From a virus: a stretch of 64,000 bases of DNA. The stretch is from IMG/VR virus record IMGVR_UViG_3300049216_000035, positions 10,542-74,541 of that record. The stretch is one strand, 5' to 3'. Under the pieces are notes generated by a model. The model had not been told where the DNA came from and searched no databases. It saw only the letters and a program-made list of their open reading frames with translations. This document shows positions 29,042-39,013 of this stretch, piece by piece (position 1 is the stretch's first letter; each line of letters begins with the position of its first letter). The translations under genes were made by a program, and so were the position numbers.

Positions 29042-32000
29042 TAGCCCGGAACCCTACCCACTAAAGAACTCATGTTTCGTGTCGCGATCTTTTGCTGACG
29101 TGAAAGCTGCTGCTGAAACGCGGTGAGCGCGGGCTGCAGTGCTGCTGTAATTGTATCAGGATCGGTGCCGTGCACGTTCTCAATGTTGACATTAACCTGC
29201 GGCGTAGACGGGGCCCCATCCCCACCAGTTCCTCCCGGCGTAACAGAGTAGCCACCGTTGACCGTAGTCACGCCATTACCAAACATAGCCGCGAGATTCA
29301 TATCCCCGGCCTGATCGTTCAAGTTCTGAAGCGATCCGACACTGTTCTGCACGGCCTGTGCGAACTGGTTAAGAAGCGTCGCTAGGGTCGTATAGCTCTC
29401 TTCAACGCCGCCGCCCGTGGTTGCACCCGTAACGGTCTGCTCACCAATGTTCTTACCGTAAGAGAGGCCGCCGTTCGATCCGCTGTTCTCACCAAAGACT
29501 TGCTCCAGTTGGTTGAACATCGGCTGCAACCACGCCGGGGCGTTCTGCTCCGAGCCGTATTGCGCGAGCGTGTTCTGAACGGCCTGGATGCCGTTAAGGC
29601 CACCGAAGGTCTGAAGATCAGAAGCGGATTCGGTGAACGACTGACCGTTTGCCCCAGCCGTGCCGACGAGATTCGCGGTACCTTGGCCGTAGTTCTGAGT
29701 GTCGGTGATGTCGGGCTCGTCTTTGCCCGGCTTTTTACCAAACAACCCACCGAAGACCGTCATCGCAACAGTCAGCACCGCGATAGCTGCGCCGACAATG
29801 CCGAGGGCGGCGGTATTGGCCGATGTGGCTACCGTATTGCCCGTGACCGCAAGCGAGTTCCCGCCTGTAACGGCAGTATTTCCAGCCGTCCCAACAGTCT
29901 GACCAGTCGTCGCGGCTGTCTGTGCGGTGAGTGCGGTCGTTCCTGTCGTATGCGCGGTCGTGTTCGTTTGCGTGATCGCGTTATTCTGTTGCGTCGCCGC
30001 CGTGTTTTGGGTCGTCGCCGTCGTGCCTTGCGTATGGGCCGTCGAGTTTTGTTGAGTGGTCGTCGTATTTTGACGGAGGCTCGTGGAGTTGTGTTGGTGC
30101 GCTGACGTGTTTTGACGATTAGCCGCAGTTCCTTGCGTAACTGCCGAAGTGTTTTGTTGGTGCGCCGTATTGCTCTGTTGGGTGGTGGTGGTGTTCTGCT
30201 GCGTGGTGGTGCTGTTTTGCGTAGTAGAAGCCCGAGCTTGTTGGAGCGCCGCCGTGTTTTGGGTAACTGCTTGAGTTTCAGAAGTGACGGCTTGCGTGTT
30301 CTGCGTTTCAGCCGTACTCGCACCGCCGCCCGAAGCCGCCTTCTTCGCGCCGCCGAACGAGTTCTTGAACATGCCGAAGATGCCGCCGCCCTTGCCGAAT
30401 AGGCCCTGGCCCATGACAACGGACAGAACCATACGGATGCCGAGCAGCGTACCAGCGATCTCTCCGAGCTTCACTGCCTGCTGATTGAAGCCGTTGTTGA
30501 GGACGTTGGTCTGTTCTTCTTGCTTCGCGATTAGCGGCCCCCACTTGCCATCGTTGTACTCGTTCATCGTCGGCAAGTCGTGGGTGATCTGCAAGAGCGG
30601 CTGCGCCGTCTGATTCAGATCGTTGAGGTTTGCGTTCAACATGTTAATTCGCTGCACGTTAATACCGAGCATGCGAATCAGGTCCACGAGGACGTTATAC
30701 ATCGCGAGGAAGACATCGACGCAGCCCATGACGACACCGAGCAACAGATCGACGGCCGGGCGCAACATGTCGAACACCTGCGCGAGCGCTTGCGAGATTT
30801 CCGTCAGTGCACGCTGCACGTCGCGGAACGATCCGCTCTGCGATACAAGCGCCTGAAAGATCGCAACAAGCGGGTTCATGCCTGTTACAATGTTCTGGAT
30901 TGCACCATAAAGCGGACCCGCAACCTGCTGCGCGAGCTTATCGAAACCGGAACGAACCTGCAGCGTCTGCTGATACGTCGCCATCGTGTCTTGCTTGAGG
31001 GTACGCTGCGCGTCCTCCAGATCGTTCGTCGCGGTGATCGCAGCCGTCTCAGCGTCGGTTAGCTCTGCGCGAGCTTCTGAGATTGCATGGAAATCGTTCG
31101 GCGTCTGCTCGAGGACATTGTTCAGTTTCTCTTGAGCGGTGTTCTGATCGTTCTGTGCCTGGGTGAGCTTCAGCGTCGCTTCTTGGAGGAGAAGCTGATC
31201 GTCGGCCGTCTTCTTCTCGTTCTCGTAGTCGGGATCGCTCTTGTCGATTTGAGATTCTTGCGCCCCCTTACTCGATTTAAGGCTGGCGATCTGCTGGTCG
31301 ATCTTCGCGTTCGCGAGCTTGTTGCTATCCTCAATTTGCTGGTTCTTCAGCGCGAGGATCGCCTTCTCTACTTCGAGACGTTCCTTGGCCGCGTCGCTCA
31401 TACGCACGGCGACGGCCAGTTCTTTCTCTAGGATCGAGAGCGCCTTGGAATAGCTACCCGCGAGTTCTTCCTGACCCTTGAGGTAGTCCATCTGGGTCGT
31501 GAGGGCTTGTTTACGAATCTCTTGAATCTTCGATTCGTTCTCGTAGACCTTCGATTGAGCGCCCTGGCCTTCGCCCTTCATCTCGGTTGCGGCGGAAGTG
31601 TACTCGCGTTTGATCTTCGGGTCTTTTTGTTCCGAGGCGAGCTTGCTCAGACGCGCGGCGTCCGCGAAAGCCCTGGCCGCGAGTTCCTGCTCCAGTTGCT
31701 TCTCGCGGATCGTATTGGAAATCTGAGCGTTGTAGTACGCTTGGGCAGCCGCCAACTTCTGCGGTGTATTTATATCGCCCAGTTGTTTGATCGCAGCGTC
31801 GAGTTTGGTAGCTTCGAACTCGTTGTCTTTAAGCGCGCCCTTTAGCGGTTCGAGCCCCTGCTTAATGGCGTCAATGTTTTCACGCGCAGCTTCGCCCGCT
31901 TCACCTTTTGCGGGCGGGTTGGTGAGCATGGCGTCGCCATGATAATCGTCATCTTCGTCATCGGTCGGCTTCTTTTTCTTCGCGCCGCCTTTATGTTTGC

Positions 32001-33999
32001 CGCCGCCCTTGCCGAAATTGTCGTGCAGCTTCTGGAGGTTGTCGGCGAGGTCTTTCGTGCGATCTGCAGACCATTGGGCCGCTTCCCCAATACCCTTGAG
32101 TGCGATGCCGACCGCTTCCATGCCGGGGGCTTTGGAAATGACATCGCCGAGGTATTCTAAGAACTTCGCAAGGCCACCAAGAACCATCGAAATCCAGCGC
32201 ATGGTGTTTGCGCCCCACTGTTCGACGGTAGCGCCCCACTTACTCCAGTTCGCGATCACCACACCCACAGCGACCGCGATCAGCAGGAAGATGATCTGGA
32301 TTGCAGCGAGGATCGGATTCGAGAACATGAGTGCGATCAGCCCGAGTCGGAAGGCATTGATTGCCCCAATCGCAACCTGAACTGCAGTGAATACGGACAT
32401 GAATCCCCGTACGAGAAGACCGAGCCCGGCATAGGACGCCAGGATCGTGAGGTACGGGATAAGCGTCGTGCCAATGGCAATCGCAATCGCGTTAATCCAG
32501 GTGCGGTTCTGCTGGTACCAGTTGACGCACTTGGCGAGCCACGAGATTACAACGGCGAGTGCGCTCGCAAGCGCCTGGACGACGCCGAGTGCCGCGCTCC
32601 ATGCATCGTTGCTACTAAGGATCGAAGACGACGCATCAGCGAACTCTTGCAGAACAGGAGCGAGCGCCTTCGATAGTTCGGAGAGCGCGGGGCCGAGCGT
32701 GGAGTCGAAGATCGCCTTAGCTTGCGAGAAGAACTTCTCGGCATTCTGGGCAAGTTGCAGTAGCGCTTGACCGATTTCGGTAAGCGGGGCGCGGGCGTTT
32801 GCGAAGTTCGCCTGCCACGCTGCCGAGAACGTACCAACCAGCGCCACCAAGAGTCGAATGGTACCAAGGAATGGTAATAGACCCTCACCCAGCGTGGTGA
32901 AGATGCCGGGCGTAAGACGACTCTTGAAGAACTCCAGGGCCTTCTCAGCCGAGAAGAAGATCGCCGTAAGCCCCCCGAATACGATACCTAACTTAGACTG
33001 AGTGCTGAGACGTTCGAACGCCGCGTAGAGGTTCTGGACTCCCGTGATGACGCGATTAATTGCGTCCATGAACGGGGCCACGAAGTCCGCCATGAACGTA
33101 TCAGCCGTCTGGCTGAGTTGCATCATCTCGACGTGGAACTCGTGGAACTTCGCGAGGTTCATCTTGCCGATGACCGCGCCCGCGCCATCCGCCGAGGCTT
33201 CGAGTTTCTTCAGACCCGCCGAGCCCTGGTCGAGTAATGGTAATAGTTGTGGGCCGAGCAGTCGGCTAAAAAGGCTGCTGGCTGCTTGGGTCTGTTGCGA
33301 CGATTCCTTGAGGTTGCGAATCTTGTCCGCGACCATGTTCAAGTTCGTCATCACATCGTTCCCTTGCATCGCTTTGGGATCGAGGCCGAGTCGTTCGAAC
33401 TCGGACTTACCATTGTTTGCCGACGCCGCCTGCTCCAGCTTCGCCTGGAATTGGGCGAACATACGCTGCGCGCGATCTGACGAAACGCCGACGCTCGCGA
33501 ACGCATATTGGAGACGCTGAAGCTGTTCTTCAGAGTCTCCGGTTTCGAGGGAGAGGGTCTTCAGCTTAGTAGCCTTCTGGCCCAGTTCCTCGATCTTCTC
33601 TTTCATCGAGTCGAGAAACTTCAAACCCTCATAGGCGAATAGGGTGTTGAGTCCAGAGGCGAAGTTCTCAACAAACCCGCGACTGGACTCTTCACCCGCT
33701 TTAGAAGCCCCTTCGACCGCAGCCGTGTGGACTTTCTGCATACCGTCTTGGGTATGCCCTTCGAGTTTGTCGGTACCGTCCTTGAAGCCGGACGACAACT
33801 GCGACCCGGCTTCGGTTCCGGCAGCCTGGGCCTTGTCGGCCATGTCGGACTGGACGCCGGACATCGTGTCCGAGATGTTGTCACGCAGCGATTGCATAGC
33901 AGAGCCAACCGCCGAGGCCATGTTATTGATCGCCGAGATGGCGTCTTCAACTTTGGCCTGGAGTTCTACTACTACATTAATCTCTGCGTCGCCAGCCAC
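29041..33999 (-). CDS. Tape measure protein
   Basis: 1652 aa, Ala-rich and helical, hydrophobic middle; follows the tail assembly chaperones. Confidence 0.93.
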   Translation of the reverse strand: MAGDAEINVVVELQAKVEDAISAINNMASAVGSAMQSLRDNISDTMSGVQSDMADKAQAAGTEAGSQLSSGFKDGTDKLEGHTQDGMQKVHTAAVEGASKAGEESSRGFVENFASGLNTLFAYEGLKFLDSMKEKIEELGQKATKLKTLSLETGDSEEQLQRLQYAFASVGVSSDRAQRMFAQFQAKLEQAASANNGKSEFERLGLDPKAMQGNDVMTNLNMVADKIRNLKESSQQTQAASSLFSRLLGPQLLPLLDQGSAGLKKLEASADGAGAVIGKMNLAKFHEFHVEMMQLSQTADTFMADFVAPFMDAINRVITGVQNLYAAFERLSTQSKLGIVFGGLTAIFFSAEKALEFFKSRLTPGIFTTLGEGLLPFLGTIRLLVALVGTFSAAWQANFANARAPLTEIGQALLQLAQNAEKFFSQAKAIFDSTLGPALSELSKALAPVLQEFADASSSILSSNDAWSAALGVVQALASALAVVISWLAKCVNWYQQNRTWINAIAIAIGTTLIPYLTILASYAGLGLLVRGFMSVFTAVQVAIGAINAFRLGLIALMFSNPILAAIQIIFLLIAVAVGVVIANWSKWGATVEQWGANTMRWISMVLGGLAKFLEYLGDVISKAPGMEAVGIALKGIGEAAQWSADRTKDLADNLQKLHDNFGKGGGKHKGGAKKKKPTDDEDDDYHGDAMLTNPPAKGEAGEAARENIDAIKQGLEPLKGALKDNEFEATKLDAAIKQLGDINTPQKLAAAQAYYNAQISNTIREKQLEQELAARAFADAARLSKLASEQKDPKIKREYTSAATEMKGEGQGAQSKVYENESKIQEIRKQALTTQMDYLKGQEELAGSYSKALSILEKELAVAVRMSDAAKERLEVEKAILALKNQQIEDSNKLANAKIDQQIASLKSSKGAQESQIDKSDPDYENEKKTADDQLLLQEATLKLTQAQNDQNTAQEKLNNVLEQTPNDFHAISEARAELTDAETAAITATNDLEDAQRTLKQDTMATYQQTLQVRSGFDKLAQQVAGPLYGAIQNIVTGMNPLVAIFQALVSQSGSFRDVQRALTEISQALAQVFDMLRPAVDLLLGVVMGCVDVFLAMYNVLVDLIRMLGINVQRINMLNANLNDLNQTAQPLLQITHDLPTMNEYNDGKWGPLIAKQEEQTNVLNNGFNQQAVKLGEIAGTLLGIRMVLSVVMGQGLFGKGGGIFGMFKNSFGGAKKAASGGGASTAETQNTQAVTSETQAVTQNTAALQQARASTTQNSTTTQQNTTTTQQSNTAHQQNTSAVTQGTAANRQNTSAHQHNSTSLRQNTTTTQQNSTAHTQGTTATTQNTAATQQNNAITQTNTTAHTTGTTALTAQTAATTGQTVGTAGNTAVTGGNSLAVTGNTVATSANTAALGIVGAAIAVLTVAMTVFGGLFGKKPGKDEPDITDTQNYGQGTANLVGTAGANGQSFTESASDLQTFGGLNGIQAVQNTLAQYGSEQNAPAWLQPMFNQLEQVFGENSGSNGGLSYGKNIGEQTVTGATTGGGVEESYTTLATLLNQFAQAVQNSVGSLQNLNDQAGDMNLAAMFGNGVTTVNGGYSVTPGGTGGDGAPSTPQVNVNIENVHGTDPDTITAALQPALTAFQQQLSRQQKIATRNMSSLVGRVPG

Positions 34000-34002
34000 G
34001 CT

Positions 34003-34428
34003 CTATGCGTCCCTCGTCTTGAAGAGTTCACTCTTCAGTGTCTTTCCGGTTTTGAGACGGTGCTGTTCCGCGAGTAGCACGGATCGCACGTCTTCCGGTA
34101 GGTCTTCCATGTTCATCGCTCGCACTGGGCCAGCGTCGAACCCACCCACGACTTCCGAGACAGTCGGAAGCTCGGCGTTCTCTTCCGCCTCGTCTTCATG
34201 TCCGACGTAGCCGAGAATGACTTCTTTGATGCCTGCTTCCGCACGCTGTTGCATCTGCATCTGCTCACAGTAGAGAAGCAACTGGGCAAAGGTGAGGTCG
34301 TCCCAAACCGATGCTTCGCTCCATCCAAAGTGTTTCGAAACAAATGCAACAACGGGGATTATGCCGCCGTCAACGCGCTTTTCGGGCTTCCCGACTTGGA
34401 TGTCGGGCCGCCCGACTCGCCTTTTGGG
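34003..34428 (-). CDS. Tail assembly chaperone GT extension (via -1 frameshift)
   Basis: The -1 frame after C CCA AAA reads PKRRVG...FGWSEASVWDDLTFAQLLLY. Confidence 0.8.
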   Translation of the reverse strand, partial: PKRRVGRPDIQVGKPEKRVDGGIIPVVAFVSKHFGWSEASVWDDLTFAQLLLYCEQMQMQQRAEAGIKEVILGYVGHEDEAEENAELPTVSEVVGGFDAGPVRAMNMEDLPEDVRSVLLAEQHRLKTGKTLKSELFKTRDA

Positions 34429-34910
34429 CCGAACATCTTGTCCAGGGCGTTCTGCTTCAGGAAGATCGGAATGATAATCTGAAGGTCGAGTAGGATGTCG
34501 AGATTCTCTTCGATCCAATCCTTCGAGACGTTGTTACCGCGCTCTAGGATGATCCCGATTAGCTCCGGCACCTTTTCGATGTTCGGGCCGATAGCCGAGA
34601 TAAGATCAGCGAGTGAGATGTTCGTGTTCGCACGGAACAGCGAAGCGAGCGGGAGGACGATTTCCTGGATGAGCCCGTAAGCACGGATCATCTGGCGCGG
34701 GTTCAATGGCCGGATCACGACCTTGCGGCGCTCGTCGCCGGAGCCAATCCAGACTTCAGACGGGTCGGCTTTGATGACTTCGATTTCCTCGGCCGAGGTG
34801 AACAACTTGTAGACCCGTTCGGTCTTTTGACCTTGGCCGTTAGGGTTCACGGGTGCCCCCGGATACGCGGGGCGGGAGACTTCTTCGTCGTCGGGCATTG
34901 GTAATGACAA
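34359..34910 (-). CDS. Tail assembly chaperone G
   Basis: Upstream of the tape measure gene; slippery site near its 3' end. Confidence 0.8.
   Translation of the reverse strand: MSLPMPDDEEVSRPAYPGAPVNPNGQGQKTERVYKLFTSAEEIEVIKADPSEVWIGSGDERRKVVIRPLNPRQMIRAYGLIQEIVLPLASLFRANTNISLADLISAIGPNIEKVPELIGIILERGNNVSKDWIEENLDILLDLQIIIPIFLKQNALDKMFGPKGESGGPTSKSGSPKSALTAA
34382..34428 (-). promoter_or_regulatory. -1 programmed ribosomal frameshift signal
   Basis: In-frame C CCA AAA (34428-34422), 5-nt spacer, hairpin GTCGGG-CGG-CCCGAC, second hairpin TCGGG-AAG-CCCGA. Confidence 0.82.
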
Positions 34911-35109
34911 TCCTTGTTAGGGTGAGACGGTGTGCCATTGATGGCTAAATACAGTATAGTGAGAGTATCGACTGCCCAGACTCTATGGGCAGCATAAAGG
35001 ATTAGCATGAAATTACGCACAGTGGAAGACAACTTCCAACCCTACAGAGAGTCTGTTAAACTAGAGAAGTCCCCCGATGGGGAGACGACTTCTAAGGAGA
35101 AGACCCCTA

Positions 35110-35427
35110 GTGAACGTGATCGAGAAACAAGCGATCTCAATCGTACTTCAAGCGTTGCTTGATGCCGCTGCGGCCAATAAGGCCAAGGTACTCGCGTACC
35201 TCCAGTCTCAGAACACGACTGTTCTGGAACTCGTCCAGGCTGCGGCAAACAAGATCAGCCCCGTCGCGGGTGCGGTTGTTGCCACTCTCGGGCCGGAAAT
35301 TACCTCGTACCTGGGCAGCGAAGAGGATGCGATTTTCGCGATCCTCGTCGCGGACGTGGCCGCATACCAGGAAAGCCTGGGCGTGACGCTTCCGGCCCCG
35401 GTTACGGAAGCCGTTAAGGCCGCGTAA
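35110..35427 (+). CDS. Ala-rich helical hypothetical protein (inverted insert in tail module)
   Basis: AAGGAG RBS upstream of GTG 35110. Confidence 0.65.
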   Translation: MNVIEKQAISIVLQALLDAAAANKAKVLAYLQSQNTTVLELVQAAANKISPVAGAVVATLGPEITSYLGSEEDAIFAILVADVAAYQESLGVTLPAPVTEAVKAA

Positions 35428-35645
35428 TGAATATCGCCGCGCAGATCGCAGCAGCCGTGCTCGCCGCGATCTTTACCAAGTCCTTCTCGGTGAGGCTCGG
35501 CCCTGGTACGCTCACAGCCTCGGATGCGACTGGTGCGCCGCAAAAGCTGACGGTGGCGCTGATCCTCAAGGCTGCGAGTCTTGCATACGCTAAGCAAACG
35601 GCGTTCATCCAGTCCGGCAACGTCAAGCTGACGTATACCGTCTAA
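35427..35645 (+). CDS. Small hydrophobic protein (inverted insert)
   Basis: TAATG coupling to the previous ORF. Confidence 0.6.
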   Translation: MNIAAQIAAAVLAAIFTKSFSVRLGPGTLTASDATGAPQKLTVALILKAASLAYAKQTAFIQSGNVKLTYTV

Positions 35646-35658
35646 AAGACTCAAGGGT

Positions 35659-35702
35659 AAAAAGAAAGAAGCCCTCGGATCGCTCCGGGGGCTTCTTTCT
35701 TG
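35659..35702. terminator. Bidirectional intrinsic terminator
   Basis: aaaaagaaagaagccctcgga-tcgc-tccgggggcttctttctt between convergent genes. Confidence 0.85.
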
Positions 35703-35723
35703 TGCCAGGACGGCTGTCAGTTT

Positions 35724-36539
35724 TTACGCGGCTGCCGAAACGCCGCCCGGATTGACCAGGAACATCTCGCCGAGGTTGCCGTAAGCGTCGATGAACGCCA
35801 TGAAGTCGAGGTCGATGTACGTCCAGTCATCGAGTTTGAAGTCCATCTTGAGAGACGGAGCCAAGCAGGCATTGAAGCGAACGATGAACTGTTGCGCCTG
35901 ATTCGTGAAGCTGTTCTTCGCAGCCGTACCGATGAGGGTAAGCTGGAAGGTCGCTGCCGAGTTCATGCCGACCTGTTGGATGTTAATCGTGTTCGAATTG
36001 ACATCCATCGCCGGGGTGTAGAGGTAGCTCACGATCACCGTGAGGCCCGCATCCGCAGCCGCGAACGTCAGAACGCCCGTCGTGTTATTGATCGAGTATG
36101 CGCCGTTCGCTTGGCCCGCTGTCGAAGACGAGGCTTCGCTGGACGCCGCCACGCGATTGTAGTACACCGGGTCGCCCGTCGCGTCTACAACTGCAACGAT
36201 TTCCGAACCCGCAACGAACGTCGAAGCGTTCGCAAGCGTCACGGTATGCGCCGAAGAACCGACCGTCAACGTCTCGCCGATGGCTGCATGCTGTGCGCCA
36301 TTCGAAAGCGTTCCACCGAGGACCGAGGAAAGCGTCTCCGGCCAGAACGATGCGAAGGTCACCTTACCCGACGCAGTGCCCTTACCGTCCGCGACGGCAA
36401 TCGGGTAGCGATAGGGTCCGCGAAGTTCTTTCAGATCGACTTTGAGTTCAACCGAAGCCGACTGGACAACGCCAAGCTCGACGGGTTGACCACCACCCGC
36501 AGGAATCAAGCGGGCACGGCCCGCACCGAAATTAAACAC
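35724..36539 (-). CDS. Major tail (tube) protein
   Basis: FNFGAG..PVELGVVQSASVELKVDLKELRG..YPIAVADGKG; position in module; no sheath gene present. Confidence 0.8.
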   Translation of the reverse strand: MFNFGAGRARLIPAGGGQPVELGVVQSASVELKVDLKELRGPYRYPIAVADGKGTASGKVTFASFWPETLSSVLGGTLSNGAQHAAIGETLTVGSSAHTVTLANASTFVAGSEIVAVVDATGDPVYYNRVAASSEASSSTAGQANGAYSINNTTGVLTFAAADAGLTVIVSYLYTPAMDVNSNTINIQQVGMNSAATFQLTLIGTAAKNSFTNQAQQFIVRFNACLAPSLKMDFKLDDWTYIDLDFMAFIDAYGNLGEMFLVNPGGVSAAA

Positions 36540-36906
36540 TTAGTTCTTCTCCTACGACTGTAGTGTGACTCGACTCGGACTCGATCCATTCTCGCGCCAG
36601 CGCGTCGGCTTCTTTGGCCGTAGCTGGCTCGGGCTTGGGTGCCGTGCCGTCTGAAAGACGCAACAGACCATCCGTCTGGTGTGCGTCGAAGGTTAGGCGG
36701 TAAACTTCGTCATTGACTGTGACCGAAACGGACTTGGCGAAGTCGAAGTCAGATTCACCAGTCGCCACGCCATCTTCATTGGCTTTCAAGTTCAGGACTT
36801 TGGAACCGCCTCGGCTCGTGTCCTGGATAGCCAGAGTCGCCGTAGCTCCCGCAGGAACGCCACTTAGCGCAATCTTTTTAGTGCGTGTGTCGGCTGTTAA
36901 AACCAT
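36532..36906 (-). CDS. Hypothetical virion-module protein
   Basis: Synteny only. Confidence 0.55.
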   Translation of the reverse strand: MVLTADTRTKKIALSGVPAGATATLAIQDTSRGGSKVLNLKANEDGVATGESDFDFAKSVSVTVNDEVYRLTFDAHQTDGLLRLSDGTAPKPEPATAKEADALAREWIESESSHTTVVGEELSV

Positions 36907-36920
36907 AGTCTCTTCACCTA

Positions 36921-37403
36921 TTATGCCGGAATCGACACGGGATTGACAGGGTTATCATAGACCCAAGTGCTGTACTCGGAGTGAATATGATAGGCCGCGA
37001 GCGCGTCGTCCCACAGATCGTCGCGCAAGATTAGCCGCTTGAAGCGGTAATTCGTAATGTGGCGGCTCGGAAGGGCAACTGGGAGAGGTGAGCCGCGCAA
37101 GAGTTGGTCAATTCTTCGATATACGGCGTAGGCGCTATCGAGCGAAGCCTTGTCCCATACGCAGATTTCGATCTTCGGATTGTCCATACGCCCAGCGAAC
37201 AAAGCATCTTCATCGAACAGCCCGTCGCGCAGGCCGCTACCAACCCGCCCCATCGTGATTAATGGAAATACGGGATCGGCAACGTCCTGAAAGTGGTTCG
37301 TCGCAATCGAAAGTGAGTTGTCGGGCCGCTTACCAACGAGCGTCTGAAGAACAGAGTCGCCCTGGAACAGTATGTAGAGGCCGTTCAGAAGTGAATAGCT
37401 CAT
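36921..37403 (-). CDS. Tail terminator-like protein
   Basis: Size, position and 'FPLIT...IEICVWD' pattern. Confidence 0.65.
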   Translation of the reverse strand: MSYSLLNGLYILFQGDSVLQTLVGKRPDNSLSIATNHFQDVADPVFPLITMGRVGSGLRDGLFDEDALFAGRMDNPKIEICVWDKASLDSAYAVYRRIDQLLRGSPLPVALPSRHITNYRFKRLILRDDLWDDALAAYHIHSEYSTWVYDNPVNPVSIPA

Positions 37404-37810
37404 TAACCGTTCGGGACCTTGCCCTTAAGCGCGCGGCAACGGATGTACGACAGGTCTTGCGACGGTTCCAGTACCTCGGTAATGAGGTAGGTGTCGCCGA
37501 CGTTGCCGTAGTTGCCGGGCTGCGGTGCGTAGACGATCACGATTTCGGATCGATCCGCAATCGGAGTGCCGGGTTGAAAATGAATGATGTGCGTCAGCGT
37601 GGACTGCTGGCCGAGTTGGGCGAACACAAGCTGGTCCGACATCGGCGACACGTCGCACGGGAACACACCATCGAGCAACGTGAAGCCGGGGGTGCGCGAT
37701 CCGACCCCGGTGTAGGTCGTGATCGGCACCTTGATTCGGCACCCGTATTCCAGTTGCATGAACGGGATCGAGTCTGCGCCGACGATCCCCCCGCCGTTGA
37801 GAACCCCCAC
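37403..37810 (-). CDS. Head closure (stopper)-like protein
   Basis: Beta-rich, THIIHF motif, position in the neck cluster. Confidence 0.55.
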   Translation of the reverse strand: MGVLNGGGIVGADSIPFMQLEYGCRIKVPITTYTGVGSRTPGFTLLDGVFPCDVSPMSDQLVFAQLGQQSTLTHIIHFQPGTPIADRSEIVIVYAPQPGNYGNVGDTYLITEVLEPSQDLSYIRCRALKGKVPNG

Positions 37811-38491
37811 TTAGCGTCGGGGCGTCCAAGGGCGCGGGATCATCTGCTGGATCGCAAACTGCGGGGACTCCTTAGAGCCGCTGCCACGGTAAGCGTCGTC
37901 GCGCATGAGTAGAGCCGACTTGCGGAGTCGATCCGACAGGTCTGCCCACTTTTTAGAAATAGAGTCGCGGTCTTCCACGCGCTCTTGGAGTCGCTGGTTG
38001 TACCAGAGTCCGGTCTGCGAGGCCACGCGGCTGGCATACCAGGATCGCGTGAGTGCCTTCACCGCACCGAGGAACTGGTCCGGGATCACGGACACAGCTT
38101 GATCGAGCGACTGCGTGGTCGCGTCGTAGAAGTTGAGTTCTTCGAGCGCCGCCGTCACGAACTCTTGCCACGTCGCGTCCGGGAACAGATAGTAGTAGTA
38201 GTTCGCGAAGACGCTCGTAGTCGGGGCCGTCGCCAGCACAAACTGCCCGGTCGCCTCGTCTATCGACGTGACGCGAGCGTCAGTGTACGGATTGGCAATC
38301 AGCGCGTTGTCGATCCGAAGCTGGATCAGCCCGCCCACAGCGATAGGGGCCTTCTCGACGTAGAAGACCTCGTTCGTACCGTCGATAGGAGAGTCGTTGT
38401 TGAGACAGTTCTCCGACCGGGCGTAGTTGTCCATCGGACCATCCCCGCTGAGAACGCGAACGCTCGTCAGGAGTGTCGTCAGGTCAACCAC
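37811..38491 (-). CDS. Head-tail adaptor-like protein
   Basis: Position; helical C-terminal domain. Confidence 0.55.
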   Translation of the reverse strand: MVDLTTLLTSVRVLSGDGPMDNYARSENCLNNDSPIDGTNEVFYVEKAPIAVGGLIQLRIDNALIANPYTDARVTSIDEATGQFVLATAPTTSVFANYYYYLFPDATWQEFVTAALEELNFYDATTQSLDQAVSVIPDQFLGAVKALTRSWYASRVASQTGLWYNQRLQERVEDRDSISKKWADLSDRLRKSALLMRDDAYRGSGSKESPQFAIQQMIPRPWTPRR

Positions 38492-38493
38492 GA

Positions 38494-38916
38494 TTACGCC
38501 GCTATCGCTTCCGCGATTTCCTCATACGTTGCGGAGCCCAGGATCGCGAGGTACTGATAGCCCTCGGCCTTGGCGTACTCACGCTTGCGCGCGATGTCTT
38601 TCGCCGTCTCTTCCTTCTGCGCGTCCGTCATCGGGGGCGAGAAGAAGTCAACGAGCAAGTTCAGCCCGTTTGAAAAGTAGAAGCGGTCGTAGACAATCTC
38701 TTCCGGGAGGCTCGAATACTTCACCGGGATCGAGAACTGCTTCGCTTCGATGTGCCCGCCAGGGGACTTCTTGAGGATTTCCGCGAGCGCCATGTCCAGC
38801 ACGTCGGACGTGCGGAGGTTCAGGGGCTCTGCGAGTTCGGACGCTTCGCTATCGATCTTAGAGATACGATCCGAGCGGTCCAGGAGGTCGGTGCCCCCAA
38901 TCGTCTTAGCAGACAT
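38494..38916 (-). CDS. Hypothetical protein
   Basis: AAGGA RBS, preceded by a pseudoknot. Confidence 0.6.
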   Translation of the reverse strand: MSAKTIGGTDLLDRSDRISKIDSEASELAEPLNLRTSDVLDMALAEILKKSPGGHIEAKQFSIPVKYSSLPEEIVYDRFYFSNGLNLLVDFFSPPMTDAQKEETAKDIARKREYAKAEGYQYLAILGSATYEEIAEAIAA

Positions 38917-39013
38917 TTGATAATCCTTGTAGGCGGTAGTCGGCGCGCACCGCCTCTAACGCGCCGCCCACCTTGTATGCTCTCGTAGAGGCGATAGAGC
39001 GTATGGGGAAGTC

